From positions 1,376,001 to 1,440,000 of the forward strand of contig CAVYTA010000006.1 in NCBI GenBank assembly GCA_963771355.1: a stretch of 64,000 nt of DNA, given 5' to 3'. Shown here piece by piece: positions 9,154-18,960 of the stretch. The notes below the pieces were generated by a model that was not told the origin of the DNA, did not search any database, and saw nothing but the letters and a program-made list of their open reading frames with translations. Within the stretch, counting starts at the first letter, position 1, and each line of letters begins with the position of its first letter. A program made the translations under genes and the position numbers. Source of the stretch: an uncultured Candidatus Rokubacteria bacterium (lineage in GTDB: Bacteria > Methylomirabilota > Methylomirabilia > Rokubacteriales > CSP1-6).

Positions 9154-10935
9154 ATGGACGAGGCGGTTCTCCGCGAGCGCGTTGGTGAGGTGGTCCGCGG
9201 ACGGGTGAGCCGCCGCCGCTTCATCCAGGAGCTGGTGGCGCTGGGGCTCACGACGCCGCTCGCCGCCCAGCTCTTGCCCCCCGCGCCGCCGGCGGCCGCG
9301 CAAGCGCCGGCGCGCCGCGGCGGTGGGGGCGCGCTTCGCCTCCTGTACTGGCAGGCGCCCACCAGCCTCAATCCCCACCTCGCCACCGGGGTCAAGGACG
9401 TGCACGCCGCCCGGCTCTTCTACGAGCCCCTGGCCGCCTTCGATCCCGAGGGAAACCTCGTGCCCCAGCTCGCCGCCGAGATCCCCACGCGGGACAACGG
9501 GGGCCTCGGGCGCGACGGCACCTGGGTGCGCTGGCGGCTCAAGCGCGGCGTGACGTGGCACGACGGCCGGCCCTTCACCGCCGACGACGTGGTGTTCAAC
9601 TGGGAGTACGCCGGCGACCCCGCCACCGCCGCCACCACGCTGTCCAACTATCGCGACCTCGAGCGCGTGGAAAAGATCGACGACTTGACGGTGCGGGTGG
9701 TCTTCAAGCAGCCCACCCCGTACTGGGCGGGCCCCTACTGCGGCGGCGCCGGGCTGATCATCCCGCGGCATCACTTCGATGCCTATCGCGGCGCGGCCTC
9801 GCGCGAGGCGCCCGCCAATCTGCGACCCGTCGGCACCGGGCCGTACCGGCACGGCGACTTCCGTCCCGGCGACGCCCTGCGGGCCGAGCTCAACCCCGGC
9901 TTTCATGTGGCGGGGCGCCCTGCCTTCGACCAGGTCGAGCTGAAGGGCGGCGGGGATGCCGCCTCCGCCGCCCGCGCGGTGCTCCAGACCGGGGAGTACG
10001 ATTTCGCCTGGAACATGCAGGTCGAAGACGACGTCCTCAAGCGCATGGAGGGAGGCGGCAAGGGCCGCATCGTGTTCACCCCCAGCAGCAGCACGGAGTT
10101 CATCGAGCTCAATTTCGCCGACCCCTGGCGCGAGGTGGACGGCGAGCGCGCCAGCGCAAAATCCAGCCACCCCCTCCTGTCCAGCGCCGACGTCCGGCAG
10201 GCGCTCGCCCTGCTGGTGGACCGCGAGACCATCCAGTCCGAGATCTACGGGCGCCAGGGACAGACCACGCCGAACTTCCTGGTCGCGCCGTCGCAATTCC
10301 GGTCGCCGAACACGCGGTGGGAGTTCAACCCCGAGCGGGCCACCCAGCTGCTCGAGGGCGCCGGCTGGCGCCGTGGCGCCGACGGGGTGCGCGCCAAGGA
10401 CGGTCGCCGGCTCGCGCTGGTCTTCCAGACGTCGATCAACGCCCCCCGGCAGAAGACGCAGGCCATCGTGAAACAGGCCTGCGCGCGGGCCGGCATCGCG
10501 GTGGAGCTCAAGTCCGTGGTGGCCGCCACCTACTTCTCCTCGGACGAGGCGAATCCGGACACCGTCCGGCACTTCAACGCGGACCTGCAGATGTACCAGC
10601 TCCTCATGGGCCGGCCGGATCCCCAGCGCTACATGGAGCGCTTCACCTCGTGGCAGATCGCGGCCAAGGAGAACAAGTGGACCCTCGGCAATACCGGCCG
10701 CTGGCGGAACGAGGAGTACGACCGGCTCTGGCGCGCCTCCGAGCGAGAGATGGACCCCGTCAAGCGCGCGGCCCTCTTCATCCGGATGAACGACCTGGTG
10801 ATGCGGGAGGGCGTGGTCATTCCCCTCGTCTGGCGCAACGAGGCCACCGCGGTCTCGACGCGGCTGCGCGGGGTCAACATCTCGCCCTGGGACGGCAATC
10901 TCTGGAACCTCGCCCTCTGGCAGCGCGCGACCTGA
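9154..10935 (+). CDS. Peptide/nickel ABC transporter substrate-binding protein (family 5), paralog 1, Tat-like leader
   Basis: MDEAVLRE...GRVSRRRFIQ leader; WQAPTSLNPH, GVTWHDGRPFTADDVVFN, PVGTGPY. Confidence 0.9.
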   Translation: MDEAVLRERVGEVVRGRVSRRRFIQELVALGLTTPLAAQLLPPAPPAAAQAPARRGGGGALRLLYWQAPTSLNPHLATGVKDVHAARLFYEPLAAFDPEGNLVPQLAAEIPTRDNGGLGRDGTWVRWRLKRGVTWHDGRPFTADDVVFNWEYAGDPATAATTLSNYRDLERVEKIDDLTVRVVFKQPTPYWAGPYCGGAGLIIPRHHFDAYRGAASREAPANLRPVGTGPYRHGDFRPGDALRAELNPGFHVAGRPAFDQVELKGGGDAASAARAVLQTGEYDFAWNMQVEDDVLKRMEGGGKGRIVFTPSSSTEFIELNFADPWREVDGERASAKSSHPLLSSADVRQALALLVDRETIQSEIYGRQGQTTPNFLVAPSQFRSPNTRWEFNPERATQLLEGAGWRRGADGVRAKDGRRLALVFQTSINAPRQKTQAIVKQACARAGIAVELKSVVAATYFSSDEANPDTVRHFNADLQMYQLLMGRPDPQRYMERFTSWQIAAKENKWTLGNTGRWRNEEYDRLWRASEREMDPVKRAALFIRMNDLVMREGVVIPLVWRNEATAVSTRLRGVNISPWDGNLWNLALWQRAT

Positions 10936-10945
10936 GAGGAGCCCC

Positions 10946-11629
10946 GTGGACCAGCCCTACGACGTGATCACCTTCGACTGCTACGGCACCCTCATAGACT
11001 GGGAGCGGGGCGTGCGCGACGGCTTCGCCGCCGCGGCGGCGGCGAGCGGGCGCCCGGTGGACACGTCGGCCGCGATGCGACTCTTCGCGGAGACGGAGCC
11101 CGTCGTGCAGGCCGAGGCCTTCCGGAGTTATCGTGACGTCCTCGCCGAGACCGGCCGGCGCGTGGCGGTACGTCTGGGCTGGGCGCTACCGGCCGCGCGC
11201 GCGGGCTTCCTCGCCGAGAGCATCCTGGGCTGGACGCCCTTCCCCGACACCAACGCGGCGCTGCGCCGCCTGGCGGGGGCGGGCTACCGGCTCGGCATCC
11301 TCTCCAACGTGGACGACGACCTCCTGGCCTGGACGAGGCGCCACCTCGCCGCGCCCTTCGACCTGGTCGTTACCGCGGAGCAGGTGCGCTCCTACAAGCC
11401 GGCCCCCGGCCACTTCCTCGCGGCGCGGGCCCGCATCGGGAGCCGTCCCTGGCTGCACGCAGCCCAGAGCTATTTTCACGACATCACCCCCTGTCGGGCG
11501 CTGGGAATCCCCTGCGCCTGGATCAACCGCAAAGGCGAAGCGTCCGGCGGCGCCGCGCGGCCGGACCGCGAGTTCCCCACGCTCACCGCGCTGACCGAGT
11601 GGCTGGCGCCGGTGCCGGCGCACGCTTGA
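10946..11629 (+). CDS. HAD-superfamily hydrolase (haloacid dehalogenase type II-like)
   Basis: ITFDCYGTLIDWE, ILSNVD, SYKPA, HAAQSYFHDI. Confidence 0.88.
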   Translation: MDQPYDVITFDCYGTLIDWERGVRDGFAAAAAASGRPVDTSAAMRLFAETEPVVQAEAFRSYRDVLAETGRRVAVRLGWALPAARAGFLAESILGWTPFPDTNAALRRLAGAGYRLGILSNVDDDLLAWTRRHLAAPFDLVVTAEQVRSYKPAPGHFLAARARIGSRPWLHAAQSYFHDITPCRALGIPCAWINRKGEASGGAARPDREFPTLTALTEWLAPVPAHA

Positions 11630-11654
11630 CAGTCATGGGGCACGCCCGTATAAC
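11626..11654 (+). promoter_or_regulatory. Sigma70 promoter of binding-protein paralog 2
   Basis: TTGACA-N17-TATAAC; the -35 overlaps the HAD stop codon. Confidence 0.75.
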
Positions 11655-11697
11655 GAGCCAACCCTCGAGCCGCCCACGCGAGACAGGAGACGTCACC

Positions 11698-13497
11698 ATG
11701 GACGAGCAGGCCCTTCGGCAACACGTCGACGACGTCAAGGCCGGGCGCGTGAGTCGCCGGTCGTTCATCCGCACCATGGCGGCGCTCGGCGTCACCGCGC
11801 CGCTGGCCGCCCAGATGCTCGCGTCCGCCGGCGTGCGGCCCGCGCAGGCTCAGTCCTCGGCCTTCACGCCCACCAAGCGCGGCGGCGGCGGGGCGCTGAA
11901 GATGCTCTGGTGGCAGGCGCCCACGCTGCTCAATCCCCACTTCGCCACCGGGACCAAGGACCAGGAGGCCTCCCGCATCTTCTACGAGCCCCTGGCCGGC
12001 TACGACCCCGACGGCACCGTGGTGCCGATACTGGCGGCCGAGCTCCCCACCGTGACCAACGGCGGACTGGCGAAGGACCTCACGTCGGTGACCTGGAAGC
12101 TCAAGAAGGGCGTGAGCTGGCACGATGGCAAGCCGTTCACCGCCGACGACGTCGTGTTCAACTACGAGTTCGTGATGGATCCCGCGAACAAGACCGTCAC
12201 CACCGGCTCCTACTCGGAGATCTCGAAGCTCGAGAAGCTCGACAGCCACACCGTGAAGCTCACCTTCAAGAAGCCCCAGCCCTTCTGGGCGGATGCCTTC
12301 TGCGGCGTGCGCGGCATGATCATCCCCAAGCACGTCTTCGAGCCGTTCCGCGGCGCCAAGGCCCAGGAAGCACCGGCCAATCTCAAGCCGGTCGGCACCG
12401 GAGCCTATCGGATCGTCGACTTCCGCCCGGGCGACATCGTCCGGGGGGATGCCTTCTCCGGCTACCACGTGCCCAACCGCCCCTTCTTCGACAGCGTGGA
12501 GATGAAGGGCGGCGGCGATGCCGCCTCCGCGGCACGCGCGGTGCTCCAGACCGGGGAGTACGACTACGCCTGGAACCTCCAGGTCGAGGACGACATCCTC
12601 AAGCGCATGGAGCAGGGCGGCAAGGGCAGGGTCAACATCTGGGCCACCGGCAATCCCGAGCACATCCAGTGCAACACCACCGACCCGTGGACCGAGGTGG
12701 ACGGGGAGCGCTCCAGCATCAAGACCAGCCATCCCACGCTCTCGGATCCCGCCGTCCGGGGGGCGCTCAACCTCCTGGTGGACCGTGCGGCGGTGCAGGA
12801 GCAGATCTACGGACGGGGCGGCCAGACCAGCGCGAACTTCCTCAACGCCCCCTCGCGCTTCCACTCCCGGAACATCCGCTGGGAGTTCAACCCGGACAAA
12901 GCCAACCAGCTCCTGGATGCCGCCGGCTGGAAGCGGGGGGCCGACGGCGTGCGCGTCAAGGACGGCAAGCGGCTCAAGTTCCTCTACCAGACCTCGATCA
13001 ACGCGCCCCGACAGAAGACCCAGGCCATCGTGAAGCAGGCGGCGGCGAAGGCGGGCATCGAGATCGAGCTCAAGTCGGTGGTGGCCTCGGTGTTCTTCGC
13101 CTCCGACCCGGGCAATCCCGACACCTACCCCCACTTCTACTCGGACCTGCAGATGTACAACACCACCATGAGCGCCCCGGACCCGCAGTCCTTCATGCTG
13201 CAGTTCTGCTCCTGGGAGGTGGCGCAGAAGGCCAATAGCTGGCAGGGCCGGAACATCACGCGCTTCCGGAACGACGAGTACGACCGTGCCTATCGGGCGG
13301 CGGAGGGCGAGGTGGACCCGCTGAAGCGGGCCGCGCTCTTCATCAAGATGAACGATATCGTGATCAGCAACGTCGCGGTGATCCCGGTGCTCTGGCGCAA
13401 CGGCGTCTCCGGCTCGGGCCTCAAGCTCCGCGGGATGGACCTCAGCGGCTGGGACAGCACCCTGTGGCGGCTGCCCTTCTGGCACCGGGAAGCGTAG
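11698..13497 (+). CDS. Peptide ABC transporter substrate-binding protein, paralog 2
   Basis: CAGGAG RBS; MDEQALRQ...GRVSRRSF leader; same family-5 motifs as paralog 1. Confidence 0.92.
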   Translation: MDEQALRQHVDDVKAGRVSRRSFIRTMAALGVTAPLAAQMLASAGVRPAQAQSSAFTPTKRGGGGALKMLWWQAPTLLNPHFATGTKDQEASRIFYEPLAGYDPDGTVVPILAAELPTVTNGGLAKDLTSVTWKLKKGVSWHDGKPFTADDVVFNYEFVMDPANKTVTTGSYSEISKLEKLDSHTVKLTFKKPQPFWADAFCGVRGMIIPKHVFEPFRGAKAQEAPANLKPVGTGAYRIVDFRPGDIVRGDAFSGYHVPNRPFFDSVEMKGGGDAASAARAVLQTGEYDYAWNLQVEDDILKRMEQGGKGRVNIWATGNPEHIQCNTTDPWTEVDGERSSIKTSHPTLSDPAVRGALNLLVDRAAVQEQIYGRGGQTSANFLNAPSRFHSRNIRWEFNPDKANQLLDAAGWKRGADGVRVKDGKRLKFLYQTSINAPRQKTQAIVKQAAAKAGIEIELKSVVASVFFASDPGNPDTYPHFYSDLQMYNTTMSAPDPQSFMLQFCSWEVAQKANSWQGRNITRFRNDEYDRAYRAAEGEVDPLKRAALFIKMNDIVISNVAVIPVLWRNGVSGSGLKLRGMDLSGWDSTLWRLPFWHREA

Positions 13498-13530
13498 GCA
13501 TCCGTACGGGCCCCGGGAGCCAAGCCATTC

Positions 13531-13560
13531 CAAGGGCGGCGGAACCCCCCGCCGCCCTTG
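13531..13560. terminator. 12-bp perfect hairpin between paralogs 2 and 3 (terminator or mRNA stabiliser)
   Basis: CAAGGGCGGCGG-AACCCC-CCGCCGCCCTTG; only a weak U tract follows. Confidence 0.55.
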
Positions 13561-13586
13561 ACAGTTTCCCTCTTGCAGCATATAAG
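13558..13586 (+). promoter_or_regulatory. Sigma70 promoter of binding-protein paralog 3
   Basis: TTGACA-N17-TATAAG. Confidence 0.65.
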
Positions 13587-13665
13587 AATGGGACCGTCCG
13601 CACGCAGTTGGCCGGTCACCGCCGACCCACCCAGGAGGACCACATTGCAGGAGGAGCACACGAAC

Positions 13666-15456
13666 ATGGATGAACGTGAACTTCGGAGTCTCATCGGTCA
13701 GGTCAAGGCTGGTCGCCTGAGCCGGCGCGCTTTCGTTCAGATGATGGTCGGCGTCGGCCTCACCGCCCCGCTCGCCGCCCAGATGCTGGCATCGGCCGGG
13801 GTCGCCCAGGCCCAGTCGAAGCTGGCCTACAAGCCCACCAAGCGCGGCGGGGGCGGAGCGCTGAAGGTCCTGTGGTGGCAGGGCGCCACCCTGCTGAATC
13901 CCCACTTCGCCACCGGCACCAAGGACCAGGACGGCTCACGGATCTTCTACGAGCCCCTGGCCTCCTGGGATCCCGACGGCAACCTCGCGCCGACCCTGGC
14001 CGCCGAGATTCCCAGCGTGCAGAACGGCGGCGTCGCGAAGGACGGCAAGTCGGTGACGTGGAAGCTCAAGAAGGGCGTTACCTGGCACGACGGCAAGCCC
14101 TTCACCGCCGACGACTGCGTGTTCACCTGGGAGTACTGCGCCGATCCCGCCACGGCATCGGTGAACATCGGCACCTACAAGGATGTCAAGGTCGAGAAGG
14201 TCGACAGCCACACCATCAAGGTCAGCTTCACCAAGCCCACGCCCTTCTGGGCCGACGTCTTCGTGGGCGTGCGCGGCATGATCATCCCCAAGCACCTGTT
14301 CGAGCCCTTCAAGGGAGCCAAGTCGCGCGAGGCGCCGGCCAACCTCAAGCCCGTCGGCACCGGGCCCTACAAGTTTGCTGACTTCAAGCCCGGCGACATG
14401 GTGCGGGGCGATCTGAACCCGACCTATCACATGGCGAATCGGCCCTTCTTCGACACCATCGAGATGAAGGGCGGCGGCGACGCGGTCTCGGCGGCGCGGG
14501 CCGTCATCCAGACCGGCGAGTTCGACTACGCCTGGAACATGCAGGTCGAGGACGAGATCCTCAAGCGGATGGAGCAGGGCGGCAAGGGCAAGGCCGACAT
14601 CGTGGCCGGCGGCAACATCGAGCACATCCAGTGCAACTTCACCGATCCGTGGAAAGAGGTGGACGGTGAGCGCGCCAGCATCAAGACCACGCACCCCGTG
14701 CTGAGCGACCCCGCCGTCCGGCAGGCGCTGAACCTCCTGGTGGACCGCGCCTCGGTGCAGGAGCAGATCTACGGCCGCACCGGGATCGCCACCGCGAACT
14801 TCCTCAACCAGCCCTCGCGGTTCGCATCGAAGAGCACCAAGTGGGAGCTCAACGTCGACAAGGCCAACCAGGTCCTCGAGGCGGCGGGCTGGAAGAAGGG
14901 CTCGGACGGCATCCGCGCCAAGGACGGCAAGAAGCTCAAGTTCGTCTACCAGACCTCCATCAATGCCCCGCGCCAGAAGACCCAGGCCATCGTCAAGCAG
15001 GCGGCGGCCAAGGCGGGCATCGAGCTCGAGCTCAAGTCGGTGACCGCGTCGGTGTACTTCTCGTCGGACGTGGCCAATCCCGACACCTACAGCCACTTCT
15101 ACACCGACATCCAGATGTACACGACCACGATGACCCAACCCGATCCCGAGCAGTTCATGCGCCAGTTCCTCACCGAGGAGGTCGCCTCCAAGGAGAACAA
15201 GTGGCAGGGGCGCAACATCACGCGCTGGCGCAACGAGGAGTTCGACAAGCTCCACAAGGCCTCCGAGTCGGAGCTCGATCCGGTGAAGCGCGCCGCGTTG
15301 TTCATCAAGATGAACGAGCTGGTGATCCAGAACGTCGTGGTCATCCCGGTGGTGTTCCGTCCCCGCGTGGCCGCCGTCGCCAACACGCTGCGCGCCGAGC
15401 AGAGCGGCTGGGACTCCGACTTCTGGAGCCTTCAGAGCTGGTATCGCGAGGGGTAG
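13666..15456 (+). CDS. Peptide ABC transporter substrate-binding protein, paralog 3
   Basis: GGAGGAG RBS; MDERELRS...GRLSRRAF leader; family-5 motifs. Confidence 0.92.
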   Translation: MDERELRSLIGQVKAGRLSRRAFVQMMVGVGLTAPLAAQMLASAGVAQAQSKLAYKPTKRGGGGALKVLWWQGATLLNPHFATGTKDQDGSRIFYEPLASWDPDGNLAPTLAAEIPSVQNGGVAKDGKSVTWKLKKGVTWHDGKPFTADDCVFTWEYCADPATASVNIGTYKDVKVEKVDSHTIKVSFTKPTPFWADVFVGVRGMIIPKHLFEPFKGAKSREAPANLKPVGTGPYKFADFKPGDMVRGDLNPTYHMANRPFFDTIEMKGGGDAVSAARAVIQTGEFDYAWNMQVEDEILKRMEQGGKGKADIVAGGNIEHIQCNFTDPWKEVDGERASIKTTHPVLSDPAVRQALNLLVDRASVQEQIYGRTGIATANFLNQPSRFASKSTKWELNVDKANQVLEAAGWKKGSDGIRAKDGKKLKFVYQTSINAPRQKTQAIVKQAAAKAGIELELKSVTASVYFSSDVANPDTYSHFYTDIQMYTTTMTQPDPEQFMRQFLTEEVASKENKWQGRNITRWRNEEFDKLHKASESELDPVKRAALFIKMNELVIQNVVVIPVVFRPRVAAVANTLRAEQSGWDSDFWSLQSWYREG

Positions 15457-15538
15457 ACCGGCCGTCCGCGGGCCGGGTAGCCCCCGGCCCGCGGCTCCCG
15501 CGTCACCGCTGACAACGACGACTGCCGACAACGACTGA

Positions 15539-16498
15539 ATGGCCAAGTATCTGGTCCGGCGCGTGCTGATCTCCATCCCGGTGCTGGCGGGGATCAGCCT
15601 CGTGCTCTTCACCATCCTCGCCCTGGCCCCCGGCGATCCCTTCGAGGAGCTGGCCACCAACCCGAACGTGCCGCCGGAGGTGCGCATGAACCTGCGCGCC
15701 CAGTTCGGCCTCGACGACCCCGTCGCCGTCCGCTACCTGCGCTGGTTCACCTCCATGATGAAGGGGGACTGGGGCTTCTCCTTCGTGAGCCGCGTCAACG
15801 TGGACCAGCTCATCCTGCAGCGGCTGCCCACCACCATCCTCGTCATCGGCTCCGCGCAGCTCCTGGGCCTCCTCATCGCCATCCCCATCGGGGTCATCTC
15901 GGCCACCCGGCCGTACTCGCTGTTCGACCAGGTGGCCACCACCGGCGCCTTCCTGGGCTTTTCCCTGCCCACCTTCTTCACCGGCCTTCTCTTCATCCTC
16001 TTCTTCAGCATCTTCCTCGACTGGCTCCCCTTCATCTACCGGGCCGACATCAGCGCTTCCGGCTGGCGGTGGTGGTGGGAGCATATCCGCCAGGCCATCA
16101 TGCCGGTCTCGGTGCTGGCCCTGTTCCAGGCCGCCTCCATGACCCGGTTCATGCGCTCGGCGGTGCTCGACGTGATCCAGCTGGACTACGTGCGCACCGC
16201 CCGGGCCAAGGGGCTCGCCGAGCGCGTGACCATCGTGCGGCACGTGGTGCGCAATGCCCTCATTCCGGTGGTCACCCTGGTGGCCCTGCAGGTTCCCACC
16301 ATCTTCGCCGGCGCCCTCATCACCGAGCAGATCTTCCGGGTGCCCGGCATCGGCTCGCTCCTCATCAGCTCGATCCTCGCCAACGACACCCCGGTGATCA
16401 TGGCCATCACCTTCGTGTTCTCGGCGCTGGTGGTCCTCTTCAACCTCGTCGCCGACATCCTCTATGGCTGGCTCGATCCCCGCATCTCGTACCGGTAG
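15539..16498 (+). CDS. Peptide ABC transporter permease (OppB/DppB-like)
   Basis: YLVRRVL..IP, DYVRTARAKGL..R....HVVRNAL, EQIFRVPGIG, LDPRI. Confidence 0.93.
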   Translation: MAKYLVRRVLISIPVLAGISLVLFTILALAPGDPFEELATNPNVPPEVRMNLRAQFGLDDPVAVRYLRWFTSMMKGDWGFSFVSRVNVDQLILQRLPTTILVIGSAQLLGLLIAIPIGVISATRPYSLFDQVATTGAFLGFSLPTFFTGLLFILFFSIFLDWLPFIYRADISASGWRWWWEHIRQAIMPVSVLALFQAASMTRFMRSAVLDVIQLDYVRTARAKGLAERVTIVRHVVRNALIPVVTLVALQVPTIFAGALITEQIFRVPGIGSLLISSILANDTPVIMAITFVFSALVVLFNLVADILYGWLDPRISYR

Positions 16499-17423
16499 GG
16501 AGGCGGCGGACGCGCTGGCGGGGGCGCCGGTCTTCGCGTGGCGCCCGTCCTCCTCGCTCCGCGCGGAGGCGTGGCGGCGCTTCCGACGTCACCGGCTCGC
16601 GCTGTTCGGCGGGGCCGTCCTCATGGTCATGGTGATTGCCGTCCTCGCCGGCCCCTTCGTGTACCGGGTGCCCATCGACGAGATCGACTTCAAGGCGAAG
16701 CTCAAAGGCCCCTCCTGGGCTCATCCGCTCGGCACCGACGACCTCGGCCAGGATCTCCTGGCCCGCATGCTCTACGGCGGCCGGATCTCGCTGGCGGTGG
16801 GGCTCAGCGCGATGCTCATCGCCATCCTCGCCGGCACCGCGGTGGGCGCCATCGCCGGCTTCACCGGCGGCATGGTGGACCACGCGCTGATGCGCATCAC
16901 CGACCTCTTCCTCTCGCTGCCCGGCCTGCCCCTCCTGCTCCTCATCGTGTATCTCTTCCGCGACACCCTGAAGAAGTACCTCGGGCCCGAGATCGGCGTC
17001 TTCGTGATGATCGTGGCGGTGATCGGCGGGCTCCGGTGGATGCCGGTGGCGCGGCTGGTGCGCGCCCAGTTCCTGTCGCTTCGCGAGAAGGAATTCGTGG
17101 AAGCGGCGCGCGGCCTTGGCGCGGCGCCCCTGCGGCAGGTGCTCCGTCACATCCTGCCGAACTCGGTGGGGCCCGTCATCGTGGCCGGCACCATCGACGT
17201 GGCGGCGGCCATCATCGCCGAGTCGTCGCTGTCCTTTCTCGGGCTGGGCTTCCCGCCCGACATCCCGACCTGGGGGCGCATCCTCTTCGACGCCAAGGAC
17301 AACCTCGACTTCGCCCCCCACTGGGCGCTGTTCCCCGGCACCGCCATCTTCCTCACCGTGCTCTCGATCAACTACATCGGGGACGGTCTCCGGGACGCCC
17401 TCGATCCTCGCAAAGTTCTCTAG
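16464..17423 (+). CDS. Peptide ABC transporter permease (OppC/DppC-like); start uncertain
   Basis: AWRRFRRHRLA, HPLGTDDLGQD, EFVEAARGLGA, HILPN, ESSLSFLGLG, GDGLRDALDP. Confidence 0.92.
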   Translation: MAGSIPASRTGREAADALAGAPVFAWRPSSSLRAEAWRRFRRHRLALFGGAVLMVMVIAVLAGPFVYRVPIDEIDFKAKLKGPSWAHPLGTDDLGQDLLARMLYGGRISLAVGLSAMLIAILAGTAVGAIAGFTGGMVDHALMRITDLFLSLPGLPLLLLIVYLFRDTLKKYLGPEIGVFVMIVAVIGGLRWMPVARLVRAQFLSLREKEFVEAARGLGAAPLRQVLRHILPNSVGPVIVAGTIDVAAAIIAESSLSFLGLGFPPDIPTWGRILFDAKDNLDFAPHWALFPGTAIFLTVLSINYIGDGLRDALDPRKVL

Positions 17424-17448
17424 ACCCCAGTCCGCCGGGAGGCTCGCA

Positions 17449-18897
17449 TTGACCGCACGTGAACTCTGCTACACGCCCGCCACCGAGCTCGTCCGTCTCT
17501 ACCGCGCCCGCAAGGTCTCGCCGCTCGAGGTCATGGAGGCGGTGCTGGCGCGGGTGGATTCGGTCAACCCCGCGCTGAACGCGTGCGTGACGGTGGCGCG
17601 CGAGTCGGCCCTGGCGGAGGCCCGCCGCGCCACCGCGGCGCTGCGCCGGCGCGGGGCGCTGCCACCGCTGCACGGGGTGCCGGTGTCGATCAAGGACCTC
17701 ACCCCCACCAAGGGGATCCGGACGACCTGGGGGTCGAAGATCTACGAGCACCACGTGCCGAAGGAGGACGCGCTGGTGGTCGAGCGGCTCAAGGCCGCGG
17801 GCGCCATCGTCTTCGCCAAGACGAATACCCCCGAGTTCGGCGCCGGCGGCAACACGTTCAACGCCGTCTTCGGCGCGACGCGGAACCCGTGGGACCCCGC
17901 GCTGACCTGTGGTGGCTCCAGCGGGGGCGCGGGAGTGGCGCTCGCCACCGGCATGGGCCCCATTGCCCAGGGCTCGGATCTGGGCGGCTCGCTCCGGACT
18001 CCCGCCGCGTTCTGCGGCGTGGTGGGGTTCCGGACCACGCCGGGCCTGGTGCCGCAGGTCCCGGCCGACCTCGCCTGGGACTCGCTCTCGGTGACGGGGC
18101 CCATGGCGCGGACGGTGGGCGACACCGCCCTCATGCTGGCCGCCATCGCCGGCCCCGACGCGCGGGCACCCCTGTCCTATGCGGTGGACACCCGCGTCTT
18201 CACGCAGGCGCTCCGGTCCCCCTCGGTGAAGGGGCTCCGCATGGCGTGGACGCCGGACCTGAACGGCCTCATCCCCGTGGACGCGGAGGTGGCCCGCGTC
18301 GCCGCCGGTGCCTGCCGCGTCTTCCGCTCGCTGGGGGCCCGCGTCGACCACGCGTGCCCGGACTTCTCCGAGGTCAACGACATCGTGCTCGGCACCCGCG
18401 GCCTCTCCATGGTGGCCCGGCACGCGGACAAGCTGCCCCAGTGGAAGGACAAGCTGCAGAAGGGGCTCCTGTGGAACATCGAGCAGGGGCTCGCACTCAC
18501 CGCCGCCGACATCGGTCGCGCCGAGGTCTCGCGCAGCGTCCTCTGGCAACGCGTGCGGGCCTTCATGGAGCGGTACGACTTCCTCCTCCTCCCCACGGTG
18601 GCGGTGCCCCCGTTCCCGGTGGAGCAGCGCTACCCGACCGAGATCAACGGCAAGCCGCTGGACAACTACACGCAGTGGTTCTTCCTCACCTACGGCATCA
18701 CCCTCACCGCCCTGCCCGTCATCTCCGTCCCGTGCGGATTCACCGCGAGTGGGCTGCCGGTGGGGCTGCAGATCGTGGGGCGCTGGCATGCGGAAGCGGC
18801 GGTGCTCCGGGCCGCGGCCGCCTTCGAGGCCGCGCAGCCGTGGGCGGACCGCATCCCGCCCGTGGTCACCGCCCGGGAGCGCGCGCACCGGGCCTAG
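17449..18897 (+). CDS. Amidase-signature family amidase
   Basis: GVPVSIKD, KTNTPEFG, GGSSGG, GSDLGGSLRTPA; TTG start after GGGAGG. Confidence 0.92.
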   Translation: MTARELCYTPATELVRLYRARKVSPLEVMEAVLARVDSVNPALNACVTVARESALAEARRATAALRRRGALPPLHGVPVSIKDLTPTKGIRTTWGSKIYEHHVPKEDALVVERLKAAGAIVFAKTNTPEFGAGGNTFNAVFGATRNPWDPALTCGGSSGGAGVALATGMGPIAQGSDLGGSLRTPAAFCGVVGFRTTPGLVPQVPADLAWDSLSVTGPMARTVGDTALMLAAIAGPDARAPLSYAVDTRVFTQALRSPSVKGLRMAWTPDLNGLIPVDAEVARVAAGACRVFRSLGARVDHACPDFSEVNDIVLGTRGLSMVARHADKLPQWKDKLQKGLLWNIEQGLALTAADIGRAEVSRSVLWQRVRAFMERYDFLLLPTVAVPPFPVEQRYPTEINGKPLDNYTQWFFLTYGITLTALPVISVPCGFTASGLPVGLQIVGRWHAEAAVLRAAAAFEAAQPWADRIPPVVTARERAHRA

Positions 18898-18960
18898 GCG
18901 GGCGCCCGGTTGCTTCTGACCTCGCGCGCCCCCGCCCATCCGGGCGGTATCATCGGACGC

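Noticed and set aside
15505..15538. Short GACAACGAC direct repeats before the permease
   Set aside because: Too short and low in complexity to support a function
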